A stretch of 64,000 nucleotides of DNA from an uncultured Nitrospinota bacterium (GTDB lineage Bacteria; Tectomicrobia; Entotheonellia; J063; CAVPRW01). Under the pieces are notes generated by a model that searched no databases, was not told the origin of the DNA, and worked only from the letters and a program-made list of their open reading frames with translations. The DNA is taken from the NCBI GenBank assembly GCA_963707985.1, contig CAVPRW010000016.1, positions 32,001-96,000 on the forward strand, in the 5' to 3' direction. This document shows positions 32,637 to 43,912 of this stretch, piece after piece (position 1 is the stretch's first letter; each line of letters starts with the position of its first letter). The position numbers and the translations under genes are program-made.

Positions 32637-34295
32637 CTAGAGAGTCGCGGTGAAGAAAAGACGAATCTGCCTCAAAGTGAATTCTTTAATCCGCAGATAG
32701 TATTGGTGCAAGCGGCGTGCAACTGGCACAAGGCGTGCTAATGGCATGAAAGGTTCATTGTCGACAGACAAAGTCGAGGTAAGAATCTCGGTGGCATCAT
32801 CAGCAATGACTCCGTCAGTCGGTGACATGAGGAAACATTGCAGCGTACAATCTCCAGCCCTTTGCAAGGCCGTCAACACAAAGGTGAAGTGGGTACGCGT
32901 GCCTGGTTCGACAGCGTGCCGTAGCGGAATCTGCTGCCGCAGTTTCCCGGCTTCGACTACCGCCAACACGACGCTGGAGGGGGTCCACGTCTTTTCCCCA
33001 GCATTATGCACGTGAAGGCGACAGACGGCCGTGTGACCACGGTGGAGACGTTTGGGGATGTCACGACTGACCACTTGCACGGTGAAGGGTCCATTGATGA
33101 GATCTTCTTGAAGCTGACTCGGCGTTGCGGCTAGGAATCCGCGATCCCTGAGCGACAACATCTGCTGATGGATGCGGCTGAGCTGCCTTGGGATATCGAT
33201 ATCGTACGGGCAATGGCAGGTGATATTCGTACAGGTACTACAGATCGCTGTGTCGTGTGGGTGCAAATGAAAATATTGCAACTGATCGAGGGTTTCGAAC
33301 GTTTCGGAGGGATAATTGCTAATGTAGGCGTCCCGAAACAGCCAGGAGACAGGTAAGGATTGGCTACAGAGGGAGTCACAAAGTCCGCAGCGACTGCAGA
33401 GGCTGGAGCGCATCTCGCCAACGATGTGTGAAATGACTTCTGATCGATTTCGTGGAGGTTCGATAGAGCAATGACCGGCCCGGGCGTTCTCTTCGGCCTC
33501 TTCCACCGATGCGGTTCCTGGAACAACGGCACACACCCCGGGCTGACGCAGGATGTCGCGCAGGATATCTGTCGCGGTGAGCTTCACCGATTCGTTCGAG
33601 AACCGCTGGTGTGGCGGGAAGGCCTTGCTCTCACATAGCAGTCCTCCGGCCAAGGGTTTCATGATCAGCAAACTCACCTGATGCTGGACAGCCAAAGGGA
33701 AAACCTGCTCTCGGGTCTTGGGGATATCCTCAAACGTCTTGTACCCCTTCGGATCATATGAGAGCAGATGAAACCCTAACGGGTTATATGCCAGCATGAC
33801 CGCATCGAAGTATCCGGCGCTGATCAAATGGGCAACGTAATCGGGTGCCCCATGGGTTGTGCAAAATATTCCGCCCAGCCTCCCTTCCTGTTTCTTCTGG
33901 AGCAGGAAGTCGATCATCCCCCCGGTATCCCAGACCTGTTCACCCACAGCTTCACGGTCCTCAATACACCCAATCCCGAACATCTCAAGGCGCTTCTTGT
34001 GGAATTTCCGACAGGTGCTCTCAAAGAGATACTCGAAATGCGCCATGTCGCCGTAGCCTTGCGAGAAGGTCATCACGTCATGACCAGATTCGGCAATAGC
34101 TCTAGCGATGAGGTCATCTGCACCCTCATAGTCCGGCGCCGTATGCACCCAGTTTACGCCGAGATCAAAGCCCCGTTTGAGAGCATCAATCGCTTGCCGC
34201 TCAGGCACCAGACGCAACTGACATGTGCCAAATCCCACCGCACTGATCCGGAATCCGGTTTTCCCAACGCGGTTATATTGCATTATTGGTAACAC
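32637..34295 (-). CDS. Aldo/keto reductase with 4Fe-4S domain and C-terminal Ig-like domain
   Basis: GFGTCQL, TAPDY, IMKPLAGG, CSRCGLCDSLC and CSTC..CPYDIDIP; C-terminal HNAGEKTW..VEPG. Confidence 0.87.
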   Translation of the reverse strand: MLPIMQYNRVGKTGFRISAVGFGTCQLRLVPERQAIDALKRGFDLGVNWVHTAPDYEGADDLIARAIAESGHDVMTFSQGYGDMAHFEYLFESTCRKFHKKRLEMFGIGCIEDREAVGEQVWDTGGMIDFLLQKKQEGRLGGIFCTTHGAPDYVAHLISAGYFDAVMLAYNPLGFHLLSYDPKGYKTFEDIPKTREQVFPLAVQHQVSLLIMKPLAGGLLCESKAFPPHQRFSNESVKLTATDILRDILRQPGVCAVVPGTASVEEAEENARAGHCSIEPPRNRSEVISHIVGEMRSSLCSRCGLCDSLCSQSLPVSWLFRDAYISNYPSETFETLDQLQYFHLHPHDTAICSTCTNITCHCPYDIDIPRQLSRIHQQMLSLRDRGFLAATPSQLQEDLINGPFTVQVVSRDIPKRLHRGHTAVCRLHVHNAGEKTWTPSSVVLAVVEAGKLRQQIPLRHAVEPGTRTHFTFVLTALQRAGDCTLQCFLMSPTDGVIADDATEILTSTLSVDNEPFMPLARLVPVARRLHQYYLRIKEFTLRQIRLFFTATL

Positions 34296-34547
34296 TGAAC
34301 TGGACTCCCTACGTGCCAGCCCACTGACACAGCCTGACTTTGCGGTTGTATGATCGCAACGGGTTTTCCGTTAGAAACCCTGCGACCCCGCCGAACGCCC
34401 GAATTCTATGATTCTTACGCCGCTCCTAGGGAGCACTGCGCTGTTAAGCTAGTATGCTTTGCGGGGCCTTGTTCTCTGGATGAAGCCGAAGGCATACGAG
34501 TGTACCAAGCGGTTGCAAGGAATGTCAATGAACACTCACGCATGGCA

Positions 34548-35077
34548 CTGAGATTCCGACATAACGGTTAGCCGCGCTTGGTGAGCCGATACTTGGCCAG
34601 GACCTCCTGCCGGGTGCCGATGCCTGGCCGGATAGCGTTGTGCTGGACCCCCACCAGCAGTGCGTATTCAGCCAGATGAACGATGCCGTCATCGCCTTGG
34701 GCCCACACACTGACCTGGTCCCGCGTCTGCTCCCGGCGCTGGCGCCGCCCGCCGTGCCAGCCGACGGGCTCCCCACCGGTTGTCTCCCGCACACCCGGCA
34801 GTCGAGACGCCGTGGCCAGGGCGCACAGCAGCAGGGGGAACAGGACCGGCCCCCGCACAGCCCGCTCGGGTTTCTGGGGCGGATGGCTCAGGTCCCACGA
34901 TGGTTTGGCTGCTTTGTTACAGCCGTTTTCACTCAGGCGGCGGTCGTCAGCATCATCGAACGGCCGCAAGGACTGGTCCACTGGGGCGTTGGGCACAAAG
35001 ACCGTTGTGCCTCCCAGCCCATCGTCGGTGCCCTGCCACTTCCGCCCCACCACGGCATCGATGGGGTGGGCCTGGCA
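34548..35077 (-). mobile_element. DDE transposase C-terminal remnant, heavily substituted (copy 1)
   Basis: DDRRLSENG..K, a degenerate YxxRxxxExxxxxK region; 437 bp repeated at 37602-38038. Confidence 0.7.
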
Positions 35078-36226
35078 GTGATGGTGAGGTTCACACGCTC
35101 AATGAAGGCCGTGTTGATGTGCCAGCCCTGCGCGGCGAGGACCTGCTCGATAGCAGCCAACGTGCCAAAGACGACACAATGGCTGACGCGGGCGAGGCGT
35201 CGACGCCGGTACGACTTCACCACCCGTGCATAGAGTAGCTGTGGCAGGGGCATCCAGCGGGGCCTGGGCACGGGGCCTATAACCTGGCGGCGCCGATGGC
35301 TGCACCCACTGCCCGAAATTGGCCAGCAGCGCCGTGGCGTATTCCTTGAAGCCATCCGTCATGAACAGTGGCACACAGTCGGGTGCTAAGACCTGCACTA
35401 ACTGATGGACGATCTCTTGGGCCATCGCCACCGTCCGCTCACCCACGTCGATCGTCAGCAGTAGCTTGGACACGGGGTCGATCGCCACCCACACCCAATG
35501 CGGGGAGCACGACAGGCGATGGATCGTCATGGCCTCGCTGACCTCGCCGATCCTGACTGCGCCAAGCTTGGCATAGAGTTCGTCGAGTTGCACCTGGGTG
35601 ACATGCCCGTCGTGCAGGAAATACTGGGAAAAGATCTTGAGATGCTCCGCTGCCTCCACTAACCACTGAAGCACCGTGTTCGAGTCGACCTCGAACACGC
35701 GAGCCACGGCGCGGATGCCGAGCCCTTCAGCGACAGCCGCGATGGCCCATACCAGCATCTGAGGCGAGACGCGCTTCCCCTGAAATGGCGTGCCGTGGGT
35801 TTCCTGAACATAGGTGTGACAGTGGGTGCACTGAAGCTGACGCCACGGTTGGCTACCGGGATGACCATTCGCGTGGATATTCCCCCGACCTGGCCAGCCA
35901 TAACAGGAACAATGGTGCGCAGGACAAAAGTGATGCTGTGTGTCGACCGTGCGGCGCCGACCCCGCAGGAACGTCAGCAGAGGCGGCGGTGCAGAGGACG
36001 CCTGGAGGCGAGGTGCAACGGCGTGTTCACACGCGTCACAGCGTGGCTTATGGATCAGTCCAGTAAAGGGTGTAGGCTCTTTGGCGCGTGTCTTGATGGA
36101 CTTTGCGGGCCTAGGCGTCGTCTGGAGCAGTACAGGTCGTCCGTGTCGCCATGCCCACCACCCGAGCACGCAGAGCCACAGCCAGGCGAGCATCAACTGT
36201 GCATCGAAGAGCGAATCGTGTCCCAT
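35078..36226 (-). mobile_element. IS1-family-like transposase pseudogene
   Basis: Zn ribbon, HTH (EGLGIRAVARVF), QLDE, TDG, INTAFIERVN; frameshift near 35290; truncated 3' end. Confidence 0.8.
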
Positions 36227-36401
36227 GGTGCCCCCCTTCCGTCGTGATGGAAGGGAGATATATCACCCGATGATACCGTCGGCATTTATCCGTACGCTGC
36301 AGGTACACGACCTTCGGGACAGACAACTGTATACGCTTGCCTGACCTGTCTATGGCATGGTATGTTAGGTGCATGGGCGCATAAACACAAAGAGAAGGCG
36401 T

Positions 36402-36638
36402 ATGACACGCTGGAATCTTTCCATTTCAGAAAAGACGGACCGCCTGGTCCGTTCTCACCTGGCCCGGACCGGTATGAAGAAGGGTGATCTGTCGAAGTTT
36501 GTCGATACCGCCGTGCGCAAGGAAATCCTGCGCCGGACGGTGAAGGAAGTGCAAGCTCAAAACGCCGGCCTCACCGAAGAAGAGGCGATGGCTCTGGCCA
36601 ACGAAGCCGTGGCGTGGGCGCGTGCGAATCCTTCTTGA
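36402..36638 (+). CDS. Ribbon-helix-helix antitoxin
   Basis: RWNLSISEKTDRLVR..KKGDLSKFV; overlaps the PIN gene. Confidence 0.75.
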   Translation: MTRWNLSISEKTDRLVRSHLARTGMKKGDLSKFVDTAVRKEILRRTVKEVQAQNAGLTEEEAMALANEAVAWARANPS

Positions 36639-37041
36639 TACGAACGTCATCATCTCGGGCTTGTTATCCAGTGAAGGTCCGCCGGGCAAACTCATCCAGG
36701 GATGGCTGGACGGCGCGTTCGAACTCGTGACCTCGGGGGCGCAGCTGAGTGAATTGCAGCGGGCGCTTGGCTATGAGCGGCTCCGTGACCGGATAAGCCC
36801 GGAGCAGGCGCGGGATGTTCTCGAGAATATCGAAGCCGCAGCCATCATCGTAGAGTCCGTAGGTCAGGTCGCATTCTCCTCTGATCCGGACGACAACATC
36901 ATTCTCGCGACCGCCATTGCTGGCAGGGCTGATCTGATCGTGTCCGGAGACAAGCCGGGGATGCTCAGCCTCGGCGAGGTGGAGGGCGTCAGGATCGTGA
37001 CGCCGCGCGAGGCTCTGGACCGCCTCGAAGCAGGCCGTTAG
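36622..37041 (+). CDS. PIN-domain putative toxin
   Basis: LDTNVIIS, DPDDN, IVSGD acidic motifs. Confidence 0.88.
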   Translation: MRILLDTNVIISGLLSSEGPPGKLIQGWLDGAFELVTSGAQLSELQRALGYERLRDRISPEQARDVLENIEAAAIIVESVGQVAFSSDPDDNIILATAIAGRADLIVSGDKPGMLSLGEVEGVRIVTPREALDRLEAGR

Positions 37042-37601
37042 CGGCCGCGGCGTGCCTGTTGCGGCCCGACAGTTATGAGCTGTTGAAACCTCCAGACAAA
37101 GCCTGCGGCAGGATCGCGACACGCGATGCGGTTCCTTTCAGGAGATTGTCGTATGTCACTGACCGCACAGCAAATCGATCTGGCCGTCACCATTGATCGA
37201 TACGTGAACCAGCCCGAAGGATGAACCATACCGGCTCGGCGAGGTCCTGGCCCATGAAAGCCGCATCGTCTGGCTCCACGATCCGGCAGGTTTTGAATAT
37301 GTCCGGCAAGCCACGATTGTCACCTTGACTCCGAGCGGGCCGCCATCAGACTACCTCGGCAGAACACGTTTCGTCGTCGGCTATGGCGAGGCGCGCGAAA
37401 GCGGCAGGGGTCTGTACCGACGGCGCATCTTTTATCTCCGCGACACCGATCGCTATTTCGACCCGCTCGGCGCATACGGTTATGGCGCGCCGGCCGAGGC
37501 GGTCGACCCCATGACGGTTGCGGCCGGAACATCGTAACCGCGGAATTGGCCGGAGTATCCCTTGTTTTTCCCTTGTGGTTCCCGAAAATTCAGTGACACT
37601 C

Positions 37602-38038
37602 CTGAGATTCCGACATAACGGTCAGCCGCGCTTGGTGAGCCGATACTTGGCCAGGACCTCCTGCCGGGTGCCGATGCCTGGCCGGATAGCGTTGTGCTGG
37701 ACCCCCACCAGCAGTGCGTATTCAGCCAGATGAACGATGCCGTCATCGCCTTGGGCCCACACACTGACCTGGTCCCGCGTCTGCTCCCGGCGCTGGCGCC
37801 GCCCGCCGTGCCAGCCGACGGGCTCCCCGCCGGTTGCCTCCCGCGCACCCGGCAGTCGAGACGCCGTGGCCAGGGCGCACAGCAGCAGGGGGAACAGGAC
37901 CGGCCCCCGCACGGCCCGCTCGGGTTTCTGGGGCGGATGGCTCAGGTCCCACGATGGTTTGGCTGCTTTGATACAGCCGTTTTCACTCAGGCGGCGGTCG
38001 TCAGCATCATCGAACGGCCGCAAGGGCTGGTCCACTGG
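37602..38038 (-). mobile_element. DDE transposase C-terminal remnant (copy 2, direct repeat of 34548-34984)
   Basis: 437 bp with 7 mismatches by manual alignment. Confidence 0.8.
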
Positions 38039-38589
38039 CCCCAGGCTCCCCACGCCTCTCTGGTATCCCTCCCAGCTCTAGAGGAAGGCGGGCCACCGAT
38101 CAAGGCCTGCGCTTATATTGGAACTTCAGCACGCATAGCATAGATGCGAGCCACTGTTCCTGCCTAACGCGCGCCCCGGATTGAGGGAAGATGTCGTGGC
38201 ACAATACCCAACGCGTGCGAGCCGGCAATAATAGTCTAGACGCTGCTCCCCTACGAAAGCGATCGGCTCCTTTAGAGTCGACTTTGGCTATTCTGAGTAG
38301 GCAGAAGGGTAGGATGTCCGTTATGATAGATGCGGGCATTGTCAACTTAATGGTAACATCTACTACCAAACAGAGTTGTCGTGTGGGACACTGAGCTCAT
38401 CTCGAGGCCATTTTATGATCCTGGGTGGGATGTTTGAGCTGTATAAGCACCATACATCCCTTTAAAGTGGGAGAGGTTTGACCGCTCACTTATTAAGTTG
38501 ACAATGCCCACGTGACGCAGCATTCTTCATCGCATCTCTATCCTCTCACGGCATCGGACATCATCGCGCACAGCGGTAGGAGGAGCACG

Positions 38590-38886
38590 ATGCACATCAT
38601 CGACCGTCGAAGACAAATCCTCTTCTGGGTGCTCCTGGGGGTGGTATGGGGGAGCTTGAACCTCGCTGCGGCGGACCCGTCTCCGGCGTGTCGGGCGCTG
38701 GCCCAACGGTTCGCTGACGCCCCGGATGCCCTCACCGCGGATGCCCTCATCCACTTCCAAACGTGCATCCATACGGAGCTGAAAAAACGTGGGATGGACG
38801 CGGCAGACACACGGCCGCAGCCGTCGCCATCGCCCCCGTCCAAAGGCTTCGTTGGGCCAGGCGGGATCACGCTCCCGTTTCGGTAG
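38590..38886 (+). CDS. Small secreted hypothetical protein
   Basis: AGGAGGAG RBS, signal peptide, two Cys, Pro-rich tail. Confidence 0.55.
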   Translation: MHIIDRRRQILFWVLLGVVWGSLNLAAADPSPACRALAQRFADAPDALTADALIHFQTCIHTELKKRGMDAADTRPQPSPSPPSKGFVGPGGITLPFR

Positions 38887-39214
38887 GGCGACACCGATCA
38901 GACGCACGACACGATGCCCTGCGACGGTTGGTTAACCATCGGTGCTCATAACAGAGCTCCACCGCCGTGCAGGACGACTTCAATGAGCCATCATGGTTGC
39001 GGTATGTTGGGTAACCATTCATCCAGCGGAGACCTAACCGATGGCCCAACAACCCTGTGGTTCCCGAAAACTCATGACATTCGAAGTTCGTTGACTTTTC
39101 CTGCAGTTGCCGTCAATCTGGGTGGTAGTGTGGTACCTCTCACGCTCTGTGGGGGGCACCCGTGAAAGCTTTGCCGATCGTTATGGATGAGGTCATCTAC
39201 GATGCCACCTGTCA

Positions 39215-39580
39215 TATGTGCGCTGCTCGCGTGTCTCGCCGCGTGCTTCCGGCCCCGCTGCTCCATACAACTGGAAATCCTGGCGCAGCGGCATCAGCTG
39301 GCGGTCTATCGGCGGTCAGTACCCAAGCCACGCCTCCAGCCGACGGATCGGTTGCTCTGAGCCTGGCTCGCCCGCGTGTGGTCAGGGTGGCAAAGCACGC
39401 TCGCCTTCGTCCAGCCCCGTACCGCTATCGCGTGGCAGCGCACGCGCTTTCGGAACCATTGGCGACGGTTGAGTCAAGGCAGTACACCAGGCAGCCGGCA
39501 GTAGCTATGGACCTCCAGGAGTTGATTCGCTGGATGTCTCAGGCCAATCCGACGTGGGGTTCCTCACCAATCGGGCAGCA
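39215..39580 (+). mobile_element. Integrase-core (rve-type) transposase N-terminal remnant
   Basis: LEILAQRHQLAVYRR, VQPRTAIAWQR, LIRWMSQANPTWG across frames, with stops. Confidence 0.65.
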
Positions 39581-39619
39581 TGCCTCAATCAGCGGACTCG
39601 ATACTTGGGGGTAGCATGC

Positions 39620-41056
39620 ATGAGTGGATTCGCCGAATACGAGCACTACGATGCGCTGGGATTGGCTGACCTGGTGCGGCGTCGCCAGGTCAGCGCCGAT
39701 GAATTGCTCGACGCCGCCATCGCGCGCGTGGAAAACCGCAACCCGAGCGTCAACGCTGTGGTCATGAAGCTCTATGACTATGGCCGCCAGGCCATCAAGG
39801 CCGGTTTGCCGGATGGGCCGCTGACTGGTGTCCCATTTCTCGTCAAAGATCTCTCGGCGGCCCTGGCTGGGGTCCCGACCACGCGCGCCTGCAAGTTTTT
39901 CGCCGACGCCGTGCCAGCAGAGGACAGCGAGCAGGTCAAACGGCTGAAGCGCGCCGGACTGGTCATCTTTGGCAAGACCAACACCTGTGAATTGGGTCTG
40001 AGCCTCACCTGCGAGCCGCAATTCCACGGGGCTACCCGCAACCCCTGGGACCTGACGCGCATCTCCGGTGGCTCAAGCGGCGGGGCGGCCGCCGCGGTCG
40101 GGGCGCGGATGCTGCCGGCGGCCCATGGCTCCGACGGCTTTGGCTCGATTCGGGCACCTGCCGCCTGCTGTGGGCTGGTAGGCCTCAAACCAACACGCGG
40201 ACGCAACACCATGGCACCCTACCTCGGCGAGGGCCTGGGAGGACTGTCGACGGAGCATGCTCTCACTCTGTCCGTGCGCGATAGCGCCGCACTGCTGGAC
40301 GCGACCGCAGGCCTTGGCGCTGGCGATCCGTACACTGTCCCCCCACCCGCTCGACCGTTCCTGCAGGAATGTGGCGCCCATCCCGGCCGCTTGCGCATCG
40401 CCTTTACCACCGTGACGCCCAATGATGCGCCCGTGGCGCCGGAGTATCTCCAGGCCCTGCAAGACACCGCCCAACTGTGCGCCACGCTCGGCCACCAGGT
40501 CGAGGAGGCCGACCCGGCCATCGACCGCGCCGCCGTGATCCCTACCTTTCTGTCCCTGATGGCTGCCAACACCCTGGTCAATCTCTCCAGTCATCCTACG
40601 GCTGGACGCCCCGCACGCGAAGATGAAGTGGAGAAGGTGACTTGGGCTTCGGCGCATGTCATGGGGGCAAAACTCAGCGCTGCCGATTATGTGCGCGGGA
40701 CACAAACCGCGCATAAGCTCGGCCGGCAGATGGCAGCCTTCCACACGCAATACGACGTGCTGCTCACCCCGGCGCTGGCGATGCTACCGCCGAAGCTTGG
40801 CTGGATCGACATGATGCTGGACGATGTGCAGGAATACTGGCGCCGCGTGTTCACCTTCTCGCCATTTACGGTGTGGTTCAACATCACCGGACAGCCAGCC
40901 ATCGTCTTGCCGCTGGGGCAGACTGCCGATGGCCTGCCGCTGTCGGTGCAGCTCGTGGCCCGCTACGGCGATGAAGCAACATTGTTTCGACTGGCGTCAC
41001 AGCTCGAGGCCGTCAGACCGTGGTTTGATCGAAAGCCCACGTTGGCTGGAAGTTAG
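39620..41056 (+). CDS. Amidase signature family enzyme
   Basis: VKD, GGSSGG, DGFGSIRAPA (Ser-cisSer-Lys triad). Confidence 0.93.
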   Translation: MSGFAEYEHYDALGLADLVRRRQVSADELLDAAIARVENRNPSVNAVVMKLYDYGRQAIKAGLPDGPLTGVPFLVKDLSAALAGVPTTRACKFFADAVPAEDSEQVKRLKRAGLVIFGKTNTCELGLSLTCEPQFHGATRNPWDLTRISGGSSGGAAAAVGARMLPAAHGSDGFGSIRAPAACCGLVGLKPTRGRNTMAPYLGEGLGGLSTEHALTLSVRDSAALLDATAGLGAGDPYTVPPPARPFLQECGAHPGRLRIAFTTVTPNDAPVAPEYLQALQDTAQLCATLGHQVEEADPAIDRAAVIPTFLSLMAANTLVNLSSHPTAGRPAREDEVEKVTWASAHVMGAKLSAADYVRGTQTAHKLGRQMAAFHTQYDVLLTPALAMLPPKLGWIDMMLDDVQEYWRRVFTFSPFTVWFNITGQPAIVLPLGQTADGLPLSVQLVARYGDEATLFRLASQLEAVRPWFDRKPTLAGS

Positions 41057-41114
41057 GGACAGTTTTTCGTTCCCTCTCCCAGCGCGAGAGGGAGATCAAC
41101 TCGTGATGCGGAGC

Positions 41115-41339
41115 CTATGGAAACAACCGCTCCCCGGTCTCCGCATCCTCCACGATGATGGCACTGACGGGGCAGTTTTCCGCCGCATCCAGAATCTTCT
41201 CGACGGTATCCCCCTCGGGGTTCACCGCTTCCGATTGCCGCTGCTCATTGAGCACAAAGACCTTTGGGGCAATCGTCTCACACATGGTATTGCCGACACA
41301 CACATTGTGATCAACCGTGACTCGGACCTTTCGCGCCAT
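41115..41339 (-). CDS. Monocluster ferredoxin (P450 partner)
   Basis: CVGNTMC...CPVSAI. Confidence 0.88.
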   Translation of the reverse strand: MARKVRVTVDHNVCVGNTMCETIAPKVFVLNEQRQSEAVNPEGDTVEKILDAAENCPVSAIIVEDAETGERLFP

Positions 41340-41347
41340 AACGCCCC

Positions 41348-42568
41348 CTAATTCCAGGTCACTGGCAGGGATTTGAGCGAACGGAAGGTGATACTGGGCT
41401 GATATTCCAACTCTTCCGTTCCCAGCTGTAGATTGGGAAAGCGCTCAGCTAGCGCTTTGAAGGCTTCCTGACCTTCCAGACGAGCTAGCGACGCCCCAAG
41501 GCAGTGATGGATCCCCGAGCCAAAGGCCACATGTGGGTTCGGTTGGCGGGTGCCGTCAAATGTCTCAGGCGCAGCAAACGCCTTCGAATCACGGTTGGCA
41601 GAGGAAATGAACCACCGAATGCGATCGTCTTTGCGCAGCAGCTTGCCATGTAGATCGACATCCTGGGAGGCGATGCGTTGGATGGACTTGACCGGCGCAT
41701 CATAGCGCAGGCACTCTTCTGTCGCTCGTACCGTCCTGCCAGCCGGGTCTTGTTTCAGCCATTCCCATTGCTCCGGATGGCGGATGAAGGCCAGGGTACC
41801 ATTACACAAGAGGTTGATCGTGGTCTCGTGGCCCGCCAGAAGCAGCAAGGAGGTGTTCACCAGTACCTGGTGTCGCGTGAAGACCCCGGCTTTTTCCCCC
41901 TGAGCCAACACCGATATGAAATCATCGCCAGGGTTGACGATGCGCTCATCAACCAGCGGCGAGACATAGTCGATCATGCCTTTCATACCCTCGGTCAACG
42001 GCTGCATGCGGTCACGTTCCCCACGACCGATGTTCAGGAGCTTTTCCGCGAGGTGTCGGATGTAGGGCCGATCCTGGCGAGGAACACCCATCATCTGCGC
42101 GATCACCAGCACCGGCAGGGGGGTGGCAAAGTCGTGCATGACGTCCATGCGCCCCTTGGCCTCCGCCTCGTCGAGGAGATCGTGAATGGCCGACTGCACA
42201 AAGGGGCGCCAGGCCTCTGTGGATTTCGGGGTGAAATATCCGTGCACCACCTTACGCATCTCGAGGTGCTCGGGGCGGTCGTGTTGGATGAATTGATCGG
42301 CCTGATACTGCCGGACGTACTCATAGAGCCCCAGGTCCGACTCGTCGATGTCTGGGTACGCTGGCCTCGGGTCGTTCTTGAATACGGCGGACGAGAACAG
42401 TTCATGGTGTCGGGTGAGCCAGACGACGTCATCGTAACTGGTGACCACCCACAGGGCATACTTCTCGTTCCAGTGAACCGGATCCTCCTCTCGCAGTTGG
42501 CCGTAGTATGTATAGGGATCGGCGATGACGTCGGGAGTGAACATATCATCGTTAATGTTGGTTCCCAT
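41348..42568 (-). CDS. Cytochrome P450
   Basis: AGHETT, EECLR, FGSGIHHCLG. Confidence 0.95.
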   Translation of the reverse strand: MGTNINDDMFTPDVIADPYTYYGQLREEDPVHWNEKYALWVVTSYDDVVWLTRHHELFSSAVFKNDPRPAYPDIDESDLGLYEYVRQYQADQFIQHDRPEHLEMRKVVHGYFTPKSTEAWRPFVQSAIHDLLDEAEAKGRMDVMHDFATPLPVLVIAQMMGVPRQDRPYIRHLAEKLLNIGRGERDRMQPLTEGMKGMIDYVSPLVDERIVNPGDDFISVLAQGEKAGVFTRHQVLVNTSLLLLAGHETTINLLCNGTLAFIRHPEQWEWLKQDPAGRTVRATEECLRYDAPVKSIQRIASQDVDLHGKLLRKDDRIRWFISSANRDSKAFAAPETFDGTRQPNPHVAFGSGIHHCLGASLARLEGQEAFKALAERFPNLQLGTEELEYQPSITFRSLKSLPVTWN

Positions 42569-42706
42569 ACCCCCTCCCCAGAGCAAACACCCGCACGCGA
42601 AGGCAGCCTTGCCTCTCAATGTGCCCGATTGTATCAACTATGATCAAGGTGGTCAAACGTCCATGATCAGATGCCAGCATTAGCCGCCTACGTCCTGGAC
42701 TTTCAT

Positions 42707-43912
42707 CTACATCACCCCCGCGGCTCGAAGCACGACAAGTTCCTCGGCGGAGAACCCCAGCTCCCCACCATAGATCACCGCATTATGCTCCCCTAGACGC
42801 GGGGCGGTGCGCCCTCCTGCTACCGGGTTGATACCGTCGATGAGGAATCCGGCACCGGGATATTGCAGCGTTCCTACCTCAGGATGCTCCAAGACAGCGA
42901 AACTGCCACGCGCCGCCAAATGCGGACAGCTCACCACCTCCTCAGGGCTCTGCACCACCCCCACGACCAGACGCCGGTCCATGGCTTCCTTCATGAAATC
43001 GCGGGCCTTCCATTGGGATAACTTCCCCTCGACGAGGGCCAGCAGATCCTGCCAATGTTGTGTTCTCCCCTGCCGGCTCTCGAACTTGGGGTCGCGCAGG
43101 CGCGGCTCATCAAGAAAGACCGCCCAGGTTTCCATGGGGTTCCCGCCGGTGCCGGCCGTGGTCAGCGTCACCGGGCTGTCGCTGGTCGCCAGATGCATAC
43201 CGTCCAGGACGGCACTCTCCCCCATGCCGCGGCCGCCGATGGCCCCCGTGAAGCTGAACTGGTGGATGAAATTCGGGGGCGTACTGATCACGGCCTCCAT
43301 CATCGCCACATCGATATGCTGGCCTTTGCCGCTCTCCCTCTGCTGGAAGAGCGCGGCCATGGTAGCAATGACGGCGTTGCGGGCGGTGACAATAGCCGTC
43401 TGCTCCAAGGCTGTTCCCATCGGTGGCCGGTCGGTCTGGCCAGTCATATACAGGAATCCGCCCATAGCCTGGGTGATCAGGTCGTTGCCCTGATAGTGTC
43501 GGTAGGGACCCGTCTGCCCAAATGGGGTAATCGAGGTCACGATCAAGCCAGGGTTCGTCTGTCGGAGCGTCTCATAGTCCAAACCCAGATCAGCAAGATA
43601 GCCCGGCGCGAAGCTCTCGATCATGATGTCCCGGTCGGCGATCAGACGCAACAACACCGCCCGCCCGGTGGGCGTCGTGATATCCAAGGTGATGCTGCGT
43701 TTATTGGTATTGAAGGCCAGGAACAGCGCGCTGCGGTCGGGGTGCAGTTCCCCTTCGATAAAGGGAGGTTCGTGACGCGACGGGTCGCCACATCCGGGGC
43801 GTTCAACCTTCAGCGTGTCGGCGCCCTGGTCCGCCAGCAGCTTGGCGCAGAAGGCCCCGGATAGGCCGTTGGTGAGTTCCAGTACACGGACGTCGTCCAG
43901 TAAATCCAGCAT
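42707..43912 (-). CDS. Class III CoA-transferase (CaiB/BaiF), probably non-catalytic subunit
   Basis: LADQGAD, NTNKRSITLD, FGQTGPY, APRLGEH; no Asp at the expected catalytic position. Confidence 0.88.
   Translation of the reverse strand: MLDLLDDVRVLELTNGLSGAFCAKLLADQGADTLKVERPGCGDPSRHEPPFIEGELHPDRSALFLAFNTNKRSITLDITTPTGRAVLLRLIADRDIMIESFAPGYLADLGLDYETLRQTNPGLIVTSITPFGQTGPYRHYQGNDLITQAMGGFLYMTGQTDRPPMGTALEQTAIVTARNAVIATMAALFQQRESGKGQHIDVAMMEAVISTPPNFIHQFSFTGAIGGRGMGESAVLDGMHLATSDSPVTLTTAGTGGNPMETWAVFLDEPRLRDPKFESRQGRTQHWQDLLALVEGKLSQWKARDFMKEAMDRRLVVGVVQSPEEVVSCPHLAARGSFAVLEHPEVGTLQYPGAGFLIDGINPVAGGRTAPRLGEHNAVIYGGELGFSAEELVVLRAAGVM

Noticed and set aside
36363..36370. GTTAGGT core sites here and near 59026 as attC R' boxes
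   Set aside because: No matching upstream RYYYAAC palindrome found.
37150..37540. Short ORF fragments between the PIN gene and the repeat
   Set aside because: No assignable family; probably gene debris.
34548..38038. DGR template/variable repeat pair
   Set aside because: No reverse transcriptase is present, the differences are ordinary transitions, and the repeat is transposase-derived.
41678..42643. 321-aa plus-strand ORF and similar long antisense ORFs over prkA, yhbH, ilvA and the CoA-transferases
   Set aside because: Shadow frames of well-supported genes.
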